Positions 9,721 through 20,123 of a stretch of DNA of 64,000 nucleotides are shown in pieces (the first letter of the stretch is position 1; each line of letters opens with the position of its first letter). The notes beneath the pieces were generated by a model. The model was not told the origin of the DNA. It ran no database searches and was given only the letters and a program-made list of their open reading frames with translations. The DNA is from a virus. The translations under genes and the position numbers were made by a program. The DNA is taken from positions 1-64,000 of the IMG/VR virus record IMGVR_UViG_3300033146_004399; one strand, written 5' to 3'.

Positions 9721-11972
9721 GCTTCTACAAATTTCAATATGATACCATGTCGTTTGTTTTCAAGTATTTTAACACCATCATATTCATCGTTAGCTAAAAC
9801 AATTATTTCATTATATTTTGGTATTATTTTATGTTCAACTTTATTTGCATTTACACTATTTAATTGTTCCAATGTTAATTCATTTTCAACATATTTTCTA
9901 TATATAGCATAATCTCTACCTAAATAATCTATTTCAACAAATCTAACACCACTTTGCCCCATAGTCAATGCTATTATTTCTGCTTTATTTATAGGATAAT
10001 TATAAGTGTTTGTTTCAATATTAAAATTTGCACGTAAATAATCTGGCATTGTTGATTCTACTTTTCTTTTAAAATTTTTATAACAATATATTGTTGCTAC
10101 TAAATCAAATGTACTATATACAGTTTCTTTTATATGATTATCTACACATAACATTTTTTTATCTTTAATAGAATCTAAAATAGTTTTTTCTTCACTTTCT
10201 CCTTCTACATCCCAATAATCTGCATATGTTACCAACACAGTATCTCCTTCTAATATATTACCAGATGGTATAAGTGAAATCGTATTAATCATATAATTTA
10301 TAGAATAATCTACACCCTCCCGATAAGTGATAGCCATAAATTTATCAGTTAATATTATAGGTACTGCTGGATATAGCTCTATTAATGCATTATCACTCAA
10401 TATTATTTTACCATTTGAGAAAGTTCGAAAACATTTGCTTTCAAATATTGTATTATTACTTTTTATATAAAATATTCTCAATGTTCTCGTATCAGCTGGA
10501 ATGGTCCCATTATCGATCGTTTGAATTCTTGTTATTTCACTTTTAGTATAATCCAAAGTAAAATCAACATCTGCAATAAATGTAGAAGTACAAACTCCAT
10601 TTATACCTTCCGCTGTATTTTCTAAAAGAGTTACGTGTTTATTATAGTATTGATATTTTCTTAATTTAAATAAATATGCTGTTTGTTGCACTGTCGAAAA
10701 CTCAAAATCTTCGTATTCATACCACCCATTATCAATATATGATTTAGATAATTGAAGATTTACATTATAATTTATTGGATTCATATCCTCTAAACTTTCT
10801 CTCTCTGGAGTTATATAAATCCATGTGTCTAATGGTGGAAGAAAGTACCCATAATCTTGATATAATTCGGGTGGTTCGTTTTCTTTGGCAATTATTTTAG
10901 CATGTTTTACTAGAGAATTTTCCTCAAGATGAGTTATATAATCCTCATTTGTAACAGTTTTATTGGCTGTCCTGAGACTAAGTGGAGCGGTAAGTTTCGC
11001 CTCTTCTATACTTTCAGAATCAACACCTCCAAAAGCCGCATATGGATTTGTAAAAATTGCAGTTATTCTTTCGTTATTTATAGTTAATGTCTTAGTTGTG
11101 TTAATATCACCTTTAACACTATTAGTTGTTGCACCACCACCTATACGATATATTACTTGTAATACCTCACCTTTCTCAGGAATTGTAACTATATTATTAT
11201 GACCAAAAATTACTTCAGCTTTATTTTCAGCATCTGTTTTAATCATAAAAGGTATCTGTTTTAAATTATTTGGAAGATTTTGCTGTTGAGCTTCTGGAGA
11301 AATAAATGATTCTACTTCTAAACATTCTCTACTTGTTGTTGACGAATATACACGAATAGAATTTTGAATAACTGGGCTGCTTTGAAGAGTAAAACGTTCA
11401 TTGCTCACTCCATCCATTACTATGCCTGTTTCTGTTCGTGTGCTTCCTTGATAAAAGGGGACATTATATATTTCACGAATTTTGTTATTTACGTCGCCCG
11501 TATCAACAGTATATATATAGTTATAATTTGGTTTGCCATCGTCAGCTATTTCAAGACATTCAAAGTTGATATTGGTTCCAGCAGTATTTTTGCCGGTTAT
11601 TGCAAAAAGAGCTGGAAGGTTAAACGGAGTAACCCATTTAGCTAATTTTAAATGTATTTTAACACTTGAAGCCGTAGGAAGTTTAGGCTTATAATTTATA
11701 AGTTGAAGAATATTTATTTGACTTTGTTTTTGAGTTGCTGTACCTATAAACATTTCTCGAGCAATCCAATCTAGCTTTGAAGTGAATTTCTCCATTATGA
11801 ATGCATTCATTTCAAGAAGCATTCTGCCTGCATCAGTTTCTAGAAACGAATCCCAATTCTCTAAATATTCAGGATGTTCCAATATTATACGCTGTATATC
11901 ATCTATAATAGACTCAAAATCAAGAGACGTATAATCGAAATTAGGCAACTGAATTAATGTGTTGCTCTTCAT
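9717..11972 (-). CDS. Baseplate wedge protein (T4 gp6 / baseplate J-like)
   Basis: FDYTSLDFESII...DAGRMLLE...REMFIGTATQKQS..NILQLINYKP; YRIGGG; AFGGVDSESIEE...RTANKTVT.EDY. Confidence 0.85.
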   Translation of the reverse strand: MKSNTLIQLPNFDYTSLDFESIIDDIQRIILEHPEYLENWDSFLETDAGRMLLEMNAFIMEKFTSKLDWIAREMFIGTATQKQSQINILQLINYKPKLPTASSVKIHLKLAKWVTPFNLPALFAITGKNTAGTNINFECLEIADDGKPNYNYIYTVDTGDVNNKIREIYNVPFYQGSTRTETGIVMDGVSNERFTLQSSPVIQNSIRVYSSTTSRECLEVESFISPEAQQQNLPNNLKQIPFMIKTDAENKAEVIFGHNNIVTIPEKGEVLQVIYRIGGGATTNSVKGDINTTKTLTINNERITAIFTNPYAAFGGVDSESIEEAKLTAPLSLRTANKTVTNEDYITHLEENSLVKHAKIIAKENEPPELYQDYGYFLPPLDTWIYITPERESLEDMNPINYNVNLQLSKSYIDNGWYEYEDFEFSTVQQTAYLFKLRKYQYYNKHVTLLENTAEGINGVCTSTFIADVDFTLDYTKSEITRIQTIDNGTIPADTRTLRIFYIKSNNTIFESKCFRTFSNGKIILSDNALIELYPAVPIILTDKFMAITYREGVDYSINYMINTISLIPSGNILEGDTVLVTYADYWDVEGESEEKTILDSIKDKKMLCVDNHIKETVYSTFDLVATIYCYKNFKRKVESTMPDYLRANFNIETNTYNYPINKAEIIALTMGQSGVRFVEIDYLGRDYAIYRKYVENELTLEQLNSVNANKVEHKIIPKYNEIIVLANDEYDGVKILENKRHGIILKFVEA

Positions 11973-12018
11973 TTTATTTCCTTTACAATTTTTTATTATC
12001 TTTATTTATATATAACAT

Positions 12019-12378
12019 TTATTCTGTTTCTATATCAAATTCTAACTTAAGTAATTTTTCATCCTCTATGAGATCACCATTTTCAATAAAACCAAGTGTT
12101 AACATTAAAGAATTGTTTAAAATTTCAGTATCAACTCTGGTTAATATTAGTTGAGGAAGGTATATATTTATTTGTTCTTTGATATCAGACTTGATAGCAC
12201 TTGTAGTTTCATCGTCCATGAGTTCAAACAAACGGCTGCGTAAACCAACGCCAAAAAAAGGTAATCCAAGCCTTTCTCCTGGATTAGTCATAACAACCCT
12301 AGTTATTGCTTCAGAATGAAGAGGCGCATTTTGTTTAATTGTAAAAAATTCATTTCCATAATAAGAAATTCCCCTCAT
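12019..12378 (-). CDS. Baseplate wedge subunit, gp25/gpW-like
   Basis: VVMTNPGER...PFFGVGLRSRLFE...IKEQINIYLP; directly upstream of the gp6-like gene. Confidence 0.85.
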   Translation of the reverse strand: MRGISYYGNEFFTIKQNAPLHSEAITRVVMTNPGERLGLPFFGVGLRSRLFELMDDETTSAIKSDIKEQINIYLPQLILTRVDTEILNNSLMLTLGFIENGDLIEDEKLLKLEFDIETE

Positions 12379-12462
12379 TATTTCATTCTTCCAAGATCAT
12401 AATAAAGAAAATATTCTACTTTTTTGAAATTATCATATATACATATTTTATTTTCCATGTAA

Positions 12463-12472
12463 TTATCTTTAC
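12463..12472 (-). promoter_or_regulatory. Candidate late promoter GTAAAGATAA upstream of the gp25-like gene
   Basis: Same motif recurs upstream of many structural genes (see findings). Confidence 0.5.
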
Positions 12473-12490
12473 ATCGAAATGGTTTTTATA

Positions 12491-13093
12491 TTACTTTTTA
12501 CCGTATAGTTGTTGTATATCTGAAGACAGTTGAGAATTATTAAATATTGTATCCATAACTTTAGTAGATATGGTGCTATAATCCATACCTGAAAGAATAG
12601 CTTCTTTAACTTGATGTTTATCTCTGAATGAAGCACCCACTAGATTGATATTGCTATTTGCAAGAGTTTTCAATTTATATGCATCATCAAACAATCCACT
12701 ATATTCATTTTTGCCTCTATATACCATAGTATAATTCGCACCTATTTCTATAGCCTGGTTTATTTGAACAATATCATATACAGTTGTAGCAGCTACTTTA
12801 AATCCGTTACTTTTTAAGTCTTGTATAACTTTATAAAATTTCGGATGCATTGTTATTTTAAATACTATGTCATCTGAAATATCTAAATCATATATTTTAC
12901 TAATTTCGTGTGCTTCTTTGCTATCAGTTATTTGTACGAATTTAGTAAATTTATAACCTTTTACCATATCTAAAAAATCATAATTTGTCATTTTTGCAGC
13001 TTCTAATAAAACAGGATTTGATGTAACTCCACTTATAATACTATGATATTTATCTATATCTTCTTTCTTGACACTGTCTAAAAAATATTTCAT
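12491..13093 (-). CDS. Transaldolase / fructose-6-phosphate aldolase family protein
   Basis: FLDS...GVTSNP...VFKI...VAATTVY...Q...A...GANY...VGASFR...AILSG.DYSTI. Confidence 0.8.
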   Translation of the reverse strand: MKYFLDSVKKEDIDKYHSIISGVTSNPVLLEAAKMTNYDFLDMVKGYKFTKFVQITDSKEAHEISKIYDLDISDDIVFKITMHPKFYKVIQDLKSNGFKVAATTVYDIVQINQAIEIGANYTMVYRGKNEYSGLFDDAYKLKTLANSNINLVGASFRDKHQVKEAILSGMDYSTISTKVMDTIFNNSQLSSDIQQLYGKK

Positions 13094-14002
13094 TTATAAC
13101 TCCTTGTAAGTTGTTGATAATCTACCAACTCTTTCTTTTTCTGTAAATTTACTATTATAATAAATTATGCTTCCTGTGTTTTTTAGTTGGTCACAATTAT
13201 TACATATTAAACTATCTACTACTTTTCCATCTTTGTGTAAGGCTACTATTTTGTTATACATATCACTATTATATATTTCTTTTAATGTTTGAGTCTTGAA
13301 ATCTCCTATTTCTAATTCCCCATTATAATCAAAACAACACATATTTATAGTTCCATCTACCTGTATTTGAAAAGGTCCATTAAAAGGTCTTCCACATGTT
13401 TGTTTAACTTTCTCACCTTCCCTATACGATCCCCAACTTGCCCAATTATGTGGTTTCCATACCTCTAATAAATCAATTTTTCCATCTAATAACTTACGTA
13501 ATAGTTTTATCTCTTCTTCAACATTATATATTACATCTGCAGTAATAATTAATTTTGTCTTAGTTTTTTGAGTGCTTATTTTATTAATGTTGCTCAACAC
13601 TTTGTCCCATTGATCGGCAGGACATTGCATTGTTTTCATATATATAGTTTTATTAGCAGAATGAAAACTTATACGTATAGTGTCAATTTCTAATTCTATT
13701 AATCTATTAATAATATCATCTGTTAACAATGAACCATTAGTTAATATTTCAATAGTATATCCTAACTTAGAAGCTAATTCAATTTTTTCCATTATACCTT
13801 TATCAACAAAAACTTCACCCATACCAGAAAAAGTTAATTGTGTAACTTGCGGTGCTTCTTTTTTTATTTTATTTATTAAAAATTCAAACAATTTATATGA
13901 CATTATTTTATTTTCTCTAATTAATTCATCATGAGGGCAAAATACACAAGCATTATTACATATAGTGCTAATTTCCATCCTGGCTTCATTTGTTGTTGTC
14001 AT
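13094..14002 (-). CDS. Radical SAM protein with SPASM/twitch domain
   Basis: CNNACVFC; FSGMGE; CGRPF...QVDGTINMCCFD...IGD...ICNNC. Confidence 0.9.
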   Translation of the reverse strand: MTTTNEARMEISTICNNACVFCPHDELIRENKIMSYKLFEFLINKIKKEAPQVTQLTFSGMGEVFVDKGIMEKIELASKLGYTIEILTNGSLLTDDIINRLIELEIDTIRISFHSANKTIYMKTMQCPADQWDKVLSNINKISTQKTKTKLIITADVIYNVEEEIKLLRKLLDGKIDLLEVWKPHNWASWGSYREGEKVKQTCGRPFNGPFQIQVDGTINMCCFDYNGELEIGDFKTQTLKEIYNSDMYNKIVALHKDGKVVDSLICNNCDQLKNTGSIIYYNSKFTEKERVGRLSTTYKEL

Positions 14003-14729
14003 TTAATTTATCCTCTAATTCTTTTATTTGATTTTGAGTATCTACTCCATAATATAAATGTTTTATTTCTAATAATTGTATTTTATATCCATTATCTAAA
14101 AACATATTTTGTTCCAGTCCTTCTATGGAGGCTAATTCGCTAACGGCCCACAAATTATTATGTAATATAGCATTTGAAAATATAAATATTCCAATATGTT
14201 TTTTATAAAAATCTAAATTTTTTATAATACCGCCATTTTTTAACGTCGGTATTACAGCTCTAGAAAAATACAATGCTTGTCCATTTTTATTACAAACTAT
14301 TTTGCACGATTGCGTTCTTTGCAAATGTTCTGCAGAATAAAACCTAGAAAAAAAAGTAAATATATCACTCTTATTATGTTGAAAAGAGCTCAATTGAAAA
14401 TTTACTTGTGTAGGGTCTACTAACGGCTCATCTGCTGGTATAGACATATAATAATTGTATCCTGGATATTTGTTATATACATATTTTATTCTCTCACTAC
14501 CGCAGCAGACTTTTTTTTCCATATAAAATATTTCAATATTAAGTTTTTTGTTTGATATATAATCTATCAACTCATTGGAATCAGTAGCTATAATTAATTT
14601 ATCAACATTAAATTGTTTTGCATTTTTTATTACTCTTTCTATTATTGATTTTCCATTTAATTCAGCTAATAATTTATTTGGAAATCTTTCACTTTTTAGC
14701 CTAGCGGGGATAACTCCTAGTATACTCAT
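13986..14729 (-). CDS. kdsB: CMP-KDO synthetase-like cytidylyltransferase (divergent)
   Basis: VIPARLKSERFPNK.L; ADEP; KIV....ALYFSRAVIP; HIGI; IEGLEQ; GVDT. Confidence 0.8.
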   Translation of the reverse strand: MSILGVIPARLKSERFPNKLLAELNGKSIIERVIKNAKQFNVDKLIIATDSNELIDYISNKKLNIEIFYMEKKVCCGSERIKYVYNKYPGYNYYMSIPADEPLVDPTQVNFQLSSFQHNKSDIFTFFSRFYSAEHLQRTQSCKIVCNKNGQALYFSRAVIPTLKNGGIIKNLDFYKKHIGIFIFSNAILHNNLWAVSELASIEGLEQNMFLDNGYKIQLLEIKHLYYGVDTQNQIKELEDKLNDNNK

Positions 14730-15688
14730 TTTAACAACCTTAATATTTTTTTCATTACTTTATTAGAACCAATACTTACCCGCAACACACCATCCATATA
14801 TGGGTGATTAAATTTTATACGTGTCAATATTTTATTTTCATATAGTTTATTATAATAATAAATATGCTTATTATCATTAAATCTTAAAATTATAAAATTA
14901 GTATATGTTATTTCATAATTATCCGGAAATTTTTTCATAAATATATTATGCCATTTTATTGCATGTTTTTTGTTTTTATTCGCTATGCTGGAATTAATAG
15001 CTTTGACACCTTCTATAACGGCTAAATCGTTGACTTCATCCATAGGACGATGTGTTCGTAATTCATTTATTATTTTTTTGTTTGCGTTAATACAACCTAC
15101 TCTTAAACCAGCTAGTCCATGACTTTTAGACAAAGAGTCTACTATAATAACATCTTCTGGTATAGTAGATTTAATAGTCATATATGAATAGTAGGTAAGA
15201 TCTAAAAGCACCTTTATTTTATATTTTTTTGCTCTTGAGACTATAGCTTTAAATAATGTATCTCCCATAAATATTCCGGTAGGATTATCAGGATATGCTA
15301 TATATATCAAAGATATTTTACTTTTATACTTTTCAATTGTTTTAAGCCAACTATATTCTATATTTTGACTATCATAACTTATAGTAATAACTTTAGCTTC
15401 ATTCATTTGCTCAAATACTTCAACCATACCAAATGTAGGGTCTGGCCGTAGAACAATTGAATTTGGAATTACGTATCTATTATATATAATTCTTAGACCT
15501 TCTTCTGCGCCTCTTGTAATAAGTATATTATCTATATTAGTATTCCACTTTTTGGCGAAAGCTTCATAAAGAGGGTAAGTATAGGGATATTTTTTATATT
15601 TTCCATATGCTGCTTGATTATTAGATAAATTAATAAAATTTTTTTCTTCCCATCTTTTAATTTTTGGCCTTTTAATATTATAATTCAT
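14726..15688 (-). CDS. PLP-dependent aminotransferase/decarboxylase, class I/II (HisC/CobD-like)
   Basis: ITRGAEEG; PTFG; PDNPTG; LLDLTY; SLSKSHGLAGLRVG (PLP-Lys); LRVSIG. Confidence 0.85.
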   Translation of the reverse strand: MNYNIKRPKIKRWEEKNFINLSNNQAAYGKYKKYPYTYPLYEAFAKKWNTNIDNILITRGAEEGLRIIYNRYVIPNSIVLRPDPTFGMVEVFEQMNEAKVITISYDSQNIEYSWLKTIEKYKSKISLIYIAYPDNPTGIFMGDTLFKAIVSRAKKYKIKVLLDLTYYSYMTIKSTIPEDVIIVDSLSKSHGLAGLRVGCINANKKIINELRTHRPMDEVNDLAVIEGVKAINSSIANKNKKHAIKWHNIFMKKFPDNYEITYTNFIILRFNDNKHIYYYNKLYENKILTRIKFNHPYMDGVLRVSIGSNKVMKKILRLLK

Positions 15689-16448
15689 TAATAAATTCCC
15701 ACAGCCTATAAAATTTATTAATCATTTTTTTTAATTCATTATTATATAACATTACTTCGCTATCACACAACGCTTCCTTACAGTTAGGATGCGTTTCTAA
15801 AAATAAACCATCTGCCCCGGCGGCTAAAGCGGTTACACCCAGTGTCTTTATTCTTTTTGTTTGGTTACCAGACCATCCCTTATTGGGATGCGTAATATCC
15901 CATAAAACTGGCATGTTATTTTCTTTCATAATTTCTATGTGCCGTGGGTCCATAAACACTTTATCATATCCTAACATAGTTCCTCTGTCAGTAAGTATGA
16001 TATCTTTAGCTCCAAATTCCAAAACATTATTTACTATATTCTTCATTTCCCATGGACTAACAAATTGAGGTTTTTTTATATGTAATTGCTTATCATATAC
16101 TTTACAATGATAAGCTGATGCTTTTAGTAAAGATTGTTGTTTGGCAAGATAGGCTGGTATCTGTATAACATCTACAAACTTTAATTCCTCCATTAGAAGA
16201 TGCTCAACATTGTGAACATCAGTACATATTTTTACATTATATTCATTTTTAATTTCTTGTAATAGAGATAAGGCCTCCTTCTCACATAAACCAGAAAATC
16301 CAGTGGAAAGAGTTCTATTATCTTTTTTAAACGATGATTTAAAAGTAAAATCTATATCTTTCCCTTTGACAGCTTCCAAAATAGATTCAATACTTTTTTT
16401 TAATTCATCCTTACTTTCTACTACACATGGTCCTGCTATCAATTTCAT
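15678..16448 (-). CDS. kdsA: KDO-8-phosphate synthase-like enzyme (metal-dependent type, divergent)
   Basis: IAGPCVVES; FKSSFKKDNRT; TDVH; QIPAYL; KKPQFVSP; DRG; DITH; GLFLETHP...ALCD. Confidence 0.85.
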   Translation of the reverse strand: MKLIAGPCVVESKDELKKSIESILEAVKGKDIDFTFKSSFKKDNRTLSTGFSGLCEKEALSLLQEIKNEYNVKICTDVHNVEHLLMEELKFVDVIQIPAYLAKQQSLLKASAYHCKVYDKQLHIKKPQFVSPWEMKNIVNNVLEFGAKDIILTDRGTMLGYDKVFMDPRHIEIMKENNMPVLWDITHPNKGWSGNQTKRIKTLGVTALAAGADGLFLETHPNCKEALCDSEVMLYNNELKKMINKFYRLWEFINEL

Positions 16449-17292
16449 TTTCGTCTCCTTCTGTTACTGCTAACTCGCAACTTTTACATATAAAATCTTC
16501 TGAAGATTTTATTTTACCATTAATTTTACTCATAATGGTTTTATATAATTTTGAATTATATATATCTTCCAACGTTTGATGTTTAATATTCCCTAAAACT
16601 ATAGATTTTGTATAATCCATGCAACAAAGAATTAACGAACCATCTGCTAACAAATTAAACCATTCGTATGGTATACCTTTTGTACAACCTTTAATTTTAT
16701 TATGAATAACTTTATCGATATGTTTTAATATTCCTCCACGAGTATAATTATAATTTTTTGATATAAAATATCGTTTTAAAAATTCTGCAGGTGTTTCATT
16801 TCTTTCATAATAACGATTTTTTATAACATTAAAATTTTTGTTATTTATTGAATAGTCATAAAGACTATTATATGCTTCAACCATTTTATTCCAATCAAAT
16901 TCGGTTATATTTGTATTATGAACAATGTTATACGTATCAGCGTTATATCCATCCAACGATACCATAATTTGATTTATTTTACTATTTTTAATATTATCAA
17001 TATTTTTATGTAATAATAGTCCATTAGTTACAAACCCGATATTAGAATTGGGTATAATATTTTTAATATATTCAACTCTATTAAATAAATATGGGTCTAA
17101 AAGTGGTTCATTTTCTAAATGTAAAAATATGTTTATATTATTAGCAGCGACTTCTTTCAATTCTTCAATAAATTTATTAAATACATATGATCTTATTGTA
17201 TCGTTATTATGATACACTAATCTATGTGGACATGAAATGCATTTTGCATTACAACTATCTATTGTTTGTATTTGAACATTGTTAATTTTCAT
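16411..17292 (-). CDS. Radical SAM protein with SPASM/twitch domain
   Basis: CNAKCISC; NEPLLDP; C...YEWFNLLADGSLILCCMDY...LGNI...ICKSC. Confidence 0.9.
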   Translation of the reverse strand: MKINNVQIQTIDSCNAKCISCPHRLVYHNNDTIRSYVFNKFIEELKEVAANNINIFLHLENEPLLDPYLFNRVEYIKNIIPNSNIGFVTNGLLLHKNIDNIKNSKINQIMVSLDGYNADTYNIVHNTNITEFDWNKMVEAYNSLYDYSINNKNFNVIKNRYYERNETPAEFLKRYFISKNYNYTRGGILKHIDKVIHNKIKGCTKGIPYEWFNLLADGSLILCCMDYTKSIVLGNIKHQTLEDIYNSKLYKTIMSKINGKIKSSEDFICKSCELAVTEGDENEIDSRTMCSRK

Positions 17293-18238
17293 TTTTTATT
17301 AAAAATTCCTCTCTATTAACCATTTTAGTATAATATTCAATTTGAGTATTTATAGTACTATATATATTTACATTATTCCATGATCCTATTCCAAGGGTAG
17401 AAATATTCGGTTTATTTTTTGTTATTTTTGTATTAAATGTATATTTAATAATATCATCATGGTTTAGTTCGTTTAGCGTTAATTGTATACCATTTTTTTT
17501 ATTCATCCAATCTAAAATATTAATAACATTATCTTGTTTTTTATAGTTACTTTCTTTAATAAATTTATTTATAACATTAACAAAATTTTCATTTATATTA
17601 CTATTACCTTTCCATTTATAATCATAAGCTGCAACTATTTCATCTACGTTAAATTTAGAAATTATATCTAAATCATTATAAAATAATTTTGAGCTAGAAC
17701 CTTCTAATACTAATAAATCAACAACAACAAACATCTTCCTAGAGTGTGCATATTCAATTAATTTTTTGAGCCTTTTTATATCTATTGAAATTCTATTATG
17801 AGCATCTAATATATTTTTATTAAATGTTTGCACTCCAATAATAATAGTATTTATATTATAATATTTAAATATATCAATTTGTTCAAAAGTTAATAACGAA
17901 GGATGTACCTCTATAGTTTTATGATTATCAATTTTATCAAAACTTAATAAAGAAAAAATATTATTCATATCACTAATTTTCATAATATTTGGTGTACCAC
18001 CACCAATCCAATAATATTGATTTTTAAACAAGCTAATTATAGAAAAATATTTTTTTATTAATTCAGGTAAATATTTTTTATAGTAAAAATCATAATCTTG
18101 TTTATTATATTTATATCCGCCATATGCACAAAAACTACATACTTTTTCACAAAATGGATTATGTAAATATACTTGAAAAATATCTTTATTTGTAATATTA
18201 TTATTCCAAATATTTTTAAGTTTATCATAATCAATCAT
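17282..18238 (-). CDS. HemN-like radical SAM protein
   Basis: YLHNPFCEKVCSFC; IGGGTP; TIEVHP; IGVQTFN. Confidence 0.8.
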   Translation of the reverse strand: MIDYDKLKNIWNNNITNKDIFQVYLHNPFCEKVCSFCAYGGYKYNKQDYDFYYKKYLPELIKKYFSIISLFKNQYYWIGGGTPNIMKISDMNNIFSLLSFDKIDNHKTIEVHPSLLTFEQIDIFKYYNINTIIIGVQTFNKNILDAHNRISIDIKRLKKLIEYAHSRKMFVVVDLLVLEGSSSKLFYNDLDIISKFNVDEIVAAYDYKWKGNSNINENFVNVINKFIKESNYKKQDNVINILDWMNKKNGIQLTLNELNHDDIIKYTFNTKITKNKPNISTLGIGSWNNVNIYSTINTQIEYYTKMVNREEFLIKNEN

Positions 18239-19079
18239 ATATTTTTACCCATTCATTAAAAAAGCTTTTACCTAAAAAATGACCATCCACGTCACAATGT
18301 TTACACGCGTCTATATCATGTCTTTTATTATTTATCATTTTTAATCTAATATCATCATTTTTCCATATATTAAAAATAGTAGTGTTTTTAATGTTTCCGA
18401 GTATATTTAATTTTGCAAAATTATGAGAACAAAACGTTACATCACCATTTAAGTCTAACATTAAAAAGTAAAATGGATAATAACAAGAAGTGTTATTGTT
18501 TGTATTGCTATTTAATAATCCACCTCTATTTGTTTTTTTAAATTCGCCATATCTTTTTCTAAAGAGTATATTATCAAAATTTACATTTTTATTCATATGA
18601 TTAAATTTTTTAATTTGCCAATCACCATCATATAAACTAATTAATAATACTTTTAAATTTACTTTTTTAAACTTTAACAACATATCATCGTTTAAAAGAT
18701 CACCATTTGTTACTATAACAGATTTTGCTTCAGGAATTTCGTGAGATATTATCTCTAAAAACTCTATAATATTTTTATGAAGTAAAGGCTCACACCAGCC
18801 TGAAAATACTAATTCTCCAGAATAATTAATTTGTTTTAAATTTTTAATAAAAATTTTAAAAATTTTCATAGTCATATAGTTTTTAACATATTTAAATTGT
18901 TCATAAAACCCATCTAATGAAACTGGGCAAAAAGAACAGGAACGAGTACAACCTGCAATAACATTTATTTCAATTTGGTTGGGTAATAATACACCATTAT
19001 AATATTGTTTTTTTATTTTTAAAATATTATTTTTATTTATAGGCCAATTACTAATTTTAGATTCCATTTTTTTATCCAT
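18231..19079 (-). CDS. Radical SAM protein with SPASM/twitch domain
   Basis: CTRSCSFC; FSGWCEPLLH; CYYPF...LNGDVTFC...ACKHC. Start moved to ATG 19079 to avoid overlap with the divergent gene. Confidence 0.85.
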   Translation of the reverse strand: MDKKMESKISNWPINKNNILKIKKQYYNGVLLPNQIEINVIAGCTRSCSFCPVSLDGFYEQFKYVKNYMTMKIFKIFIKNLKQINYSGELVFSGWCEPLLHKNIIEFLEIISHEIPEAKSVIVTNGDLLNDDMLLKFKKVNLKVLLISLYDGDWQIKKFNHMNKNVNFDNILFRKRYGEFKKTNRGGLLNSNTNNNTSCYYPFYFLMLDLNGDVTFCSHNFAKLNILGNIKNTTIFNIWKNDDIRLKMINNKRHDIDACKHCDVDGHFLGKSFFNEWVKIYD

Positions 19080-19127
19080 TATTTTTATATTATATAAATA
19101 ATTATGCTTTAAGGCATAATTATTTAT

Positions 19128-20123
19128 ATGAATAATTATATATGTTTCCAAGAATTTGGCCATGACGCTAATATAGCATTATATTTTAATAATCAATTAC
19201 TTCATTTAGAGGCTGAAAGATTTTCAAAAATTAAAAATGATGATAATATATCTAATATCAAATTGAATATGGATTTAACAAATTTTAAGCAGATATATAT
19301 TACCCATCGAACAAATGTAAGTTATTATGGCTTAAATAATATTAATTTTAATTTTCATGATAATATCATTAAAACTCGAAATAGATATCATCTTGAACAT
19401 CACACAGCTCATGCTGCATATGCCTATTATACTAAACCTCGAAATATGAATAAATGTGATATTCTTGTTCATGATGGATGGGGACTAATTACGGATCGTG
19501 TTTTTTTTGATGAAAATTTAAATAGAATTGATGATACTATTTCTGGAATTGGATTGTTATATAGTAGTATTGCTAAATTAATATTTGATAACACTCATCA
19601 TGCTGGAAAAGTAATGGGTTTATCTGCATATGGAAAATTTGATAATGAAATAACAAATTTATATCATACTCATTTGAATCAATATATAAATTTAAATCAA
19701 CATAAAAATAATATAAATTTACTTTTTGAAGAAAAAGCCCGAATAGGAGGTAGAAGAAGTATTATTGCTAATTTTTACGATAACAATAATAAACCAGATG
19801 CAGATTATGCATATGCTGTTCAAAAAATGTTTGAACAGTCCACTTTAAATTATTTAAAAAAATTTAAAACATCAAATAATTTATGTATAGCTGGTGGTTT
19901 AGGATTAAATGGCTATCTAAATAAAAAAATAATAGATGAAGGAATATATGAAAAAGTATACGTACCACCGGCATGTGGTGACTCTGGCCTTGCATTGGGC
20001 GGTGTATTATGGTTACTTAATAAATTAGAATCTAAAAATATAAACGATGATTTTATTGCGTATTTAGGAAATAATTATAATGTTAATGATAAAATAATTG
20101 AGGATATAATAAATGAATTATAA
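19128..20123 (+). CDS. Carbamoyltransferase, N-terminal (Kae1-like) domain (CmcH/NodU family)
   Basis: GHDAN; EAERFSKIK; EHHTAHA; DGWG; AGKVMGLSAYG; AGGLGLNG; PPACGDSGLALG. Confidence 0.9.
   Translation: MNNYICFQEFGHDANIALYFNNQLLHLEAERFSKIKNDDNISNIKLNMDLTNFKQIYITHRTNVSYYGLNNINFNFHDNIIKTRNRYHLEHHTAHAAYAYYTKPRNMNKCDILVHDGWGLITDRVFFDENLNRIDDTISGIGLLYSSIAKLIFDNTHHAGKVMGLSAYGKFDNEITNLYHTHLNQYINLNQHKNNINLLFEEKARIGGRRSIIANFYDNNNKPDADYAYAVQKMFEQSTLNYLKKFKTSNNLCIAGGLGLNGYLNKKIIDEGIYEKVYVPPACGDSGLALGGVLWLLNKLESKNINDDFIAYLGNNYNVNDKIIEDIINEL

Noticed and set aside
5653-12378. Bacterial contractile injection system or chromosomal locus rather than phage
   Set aside because: The gp55-like sigma factor, many homing endonucleases, giant fibres and dense small ORFs indicate a jumbo phage genome.
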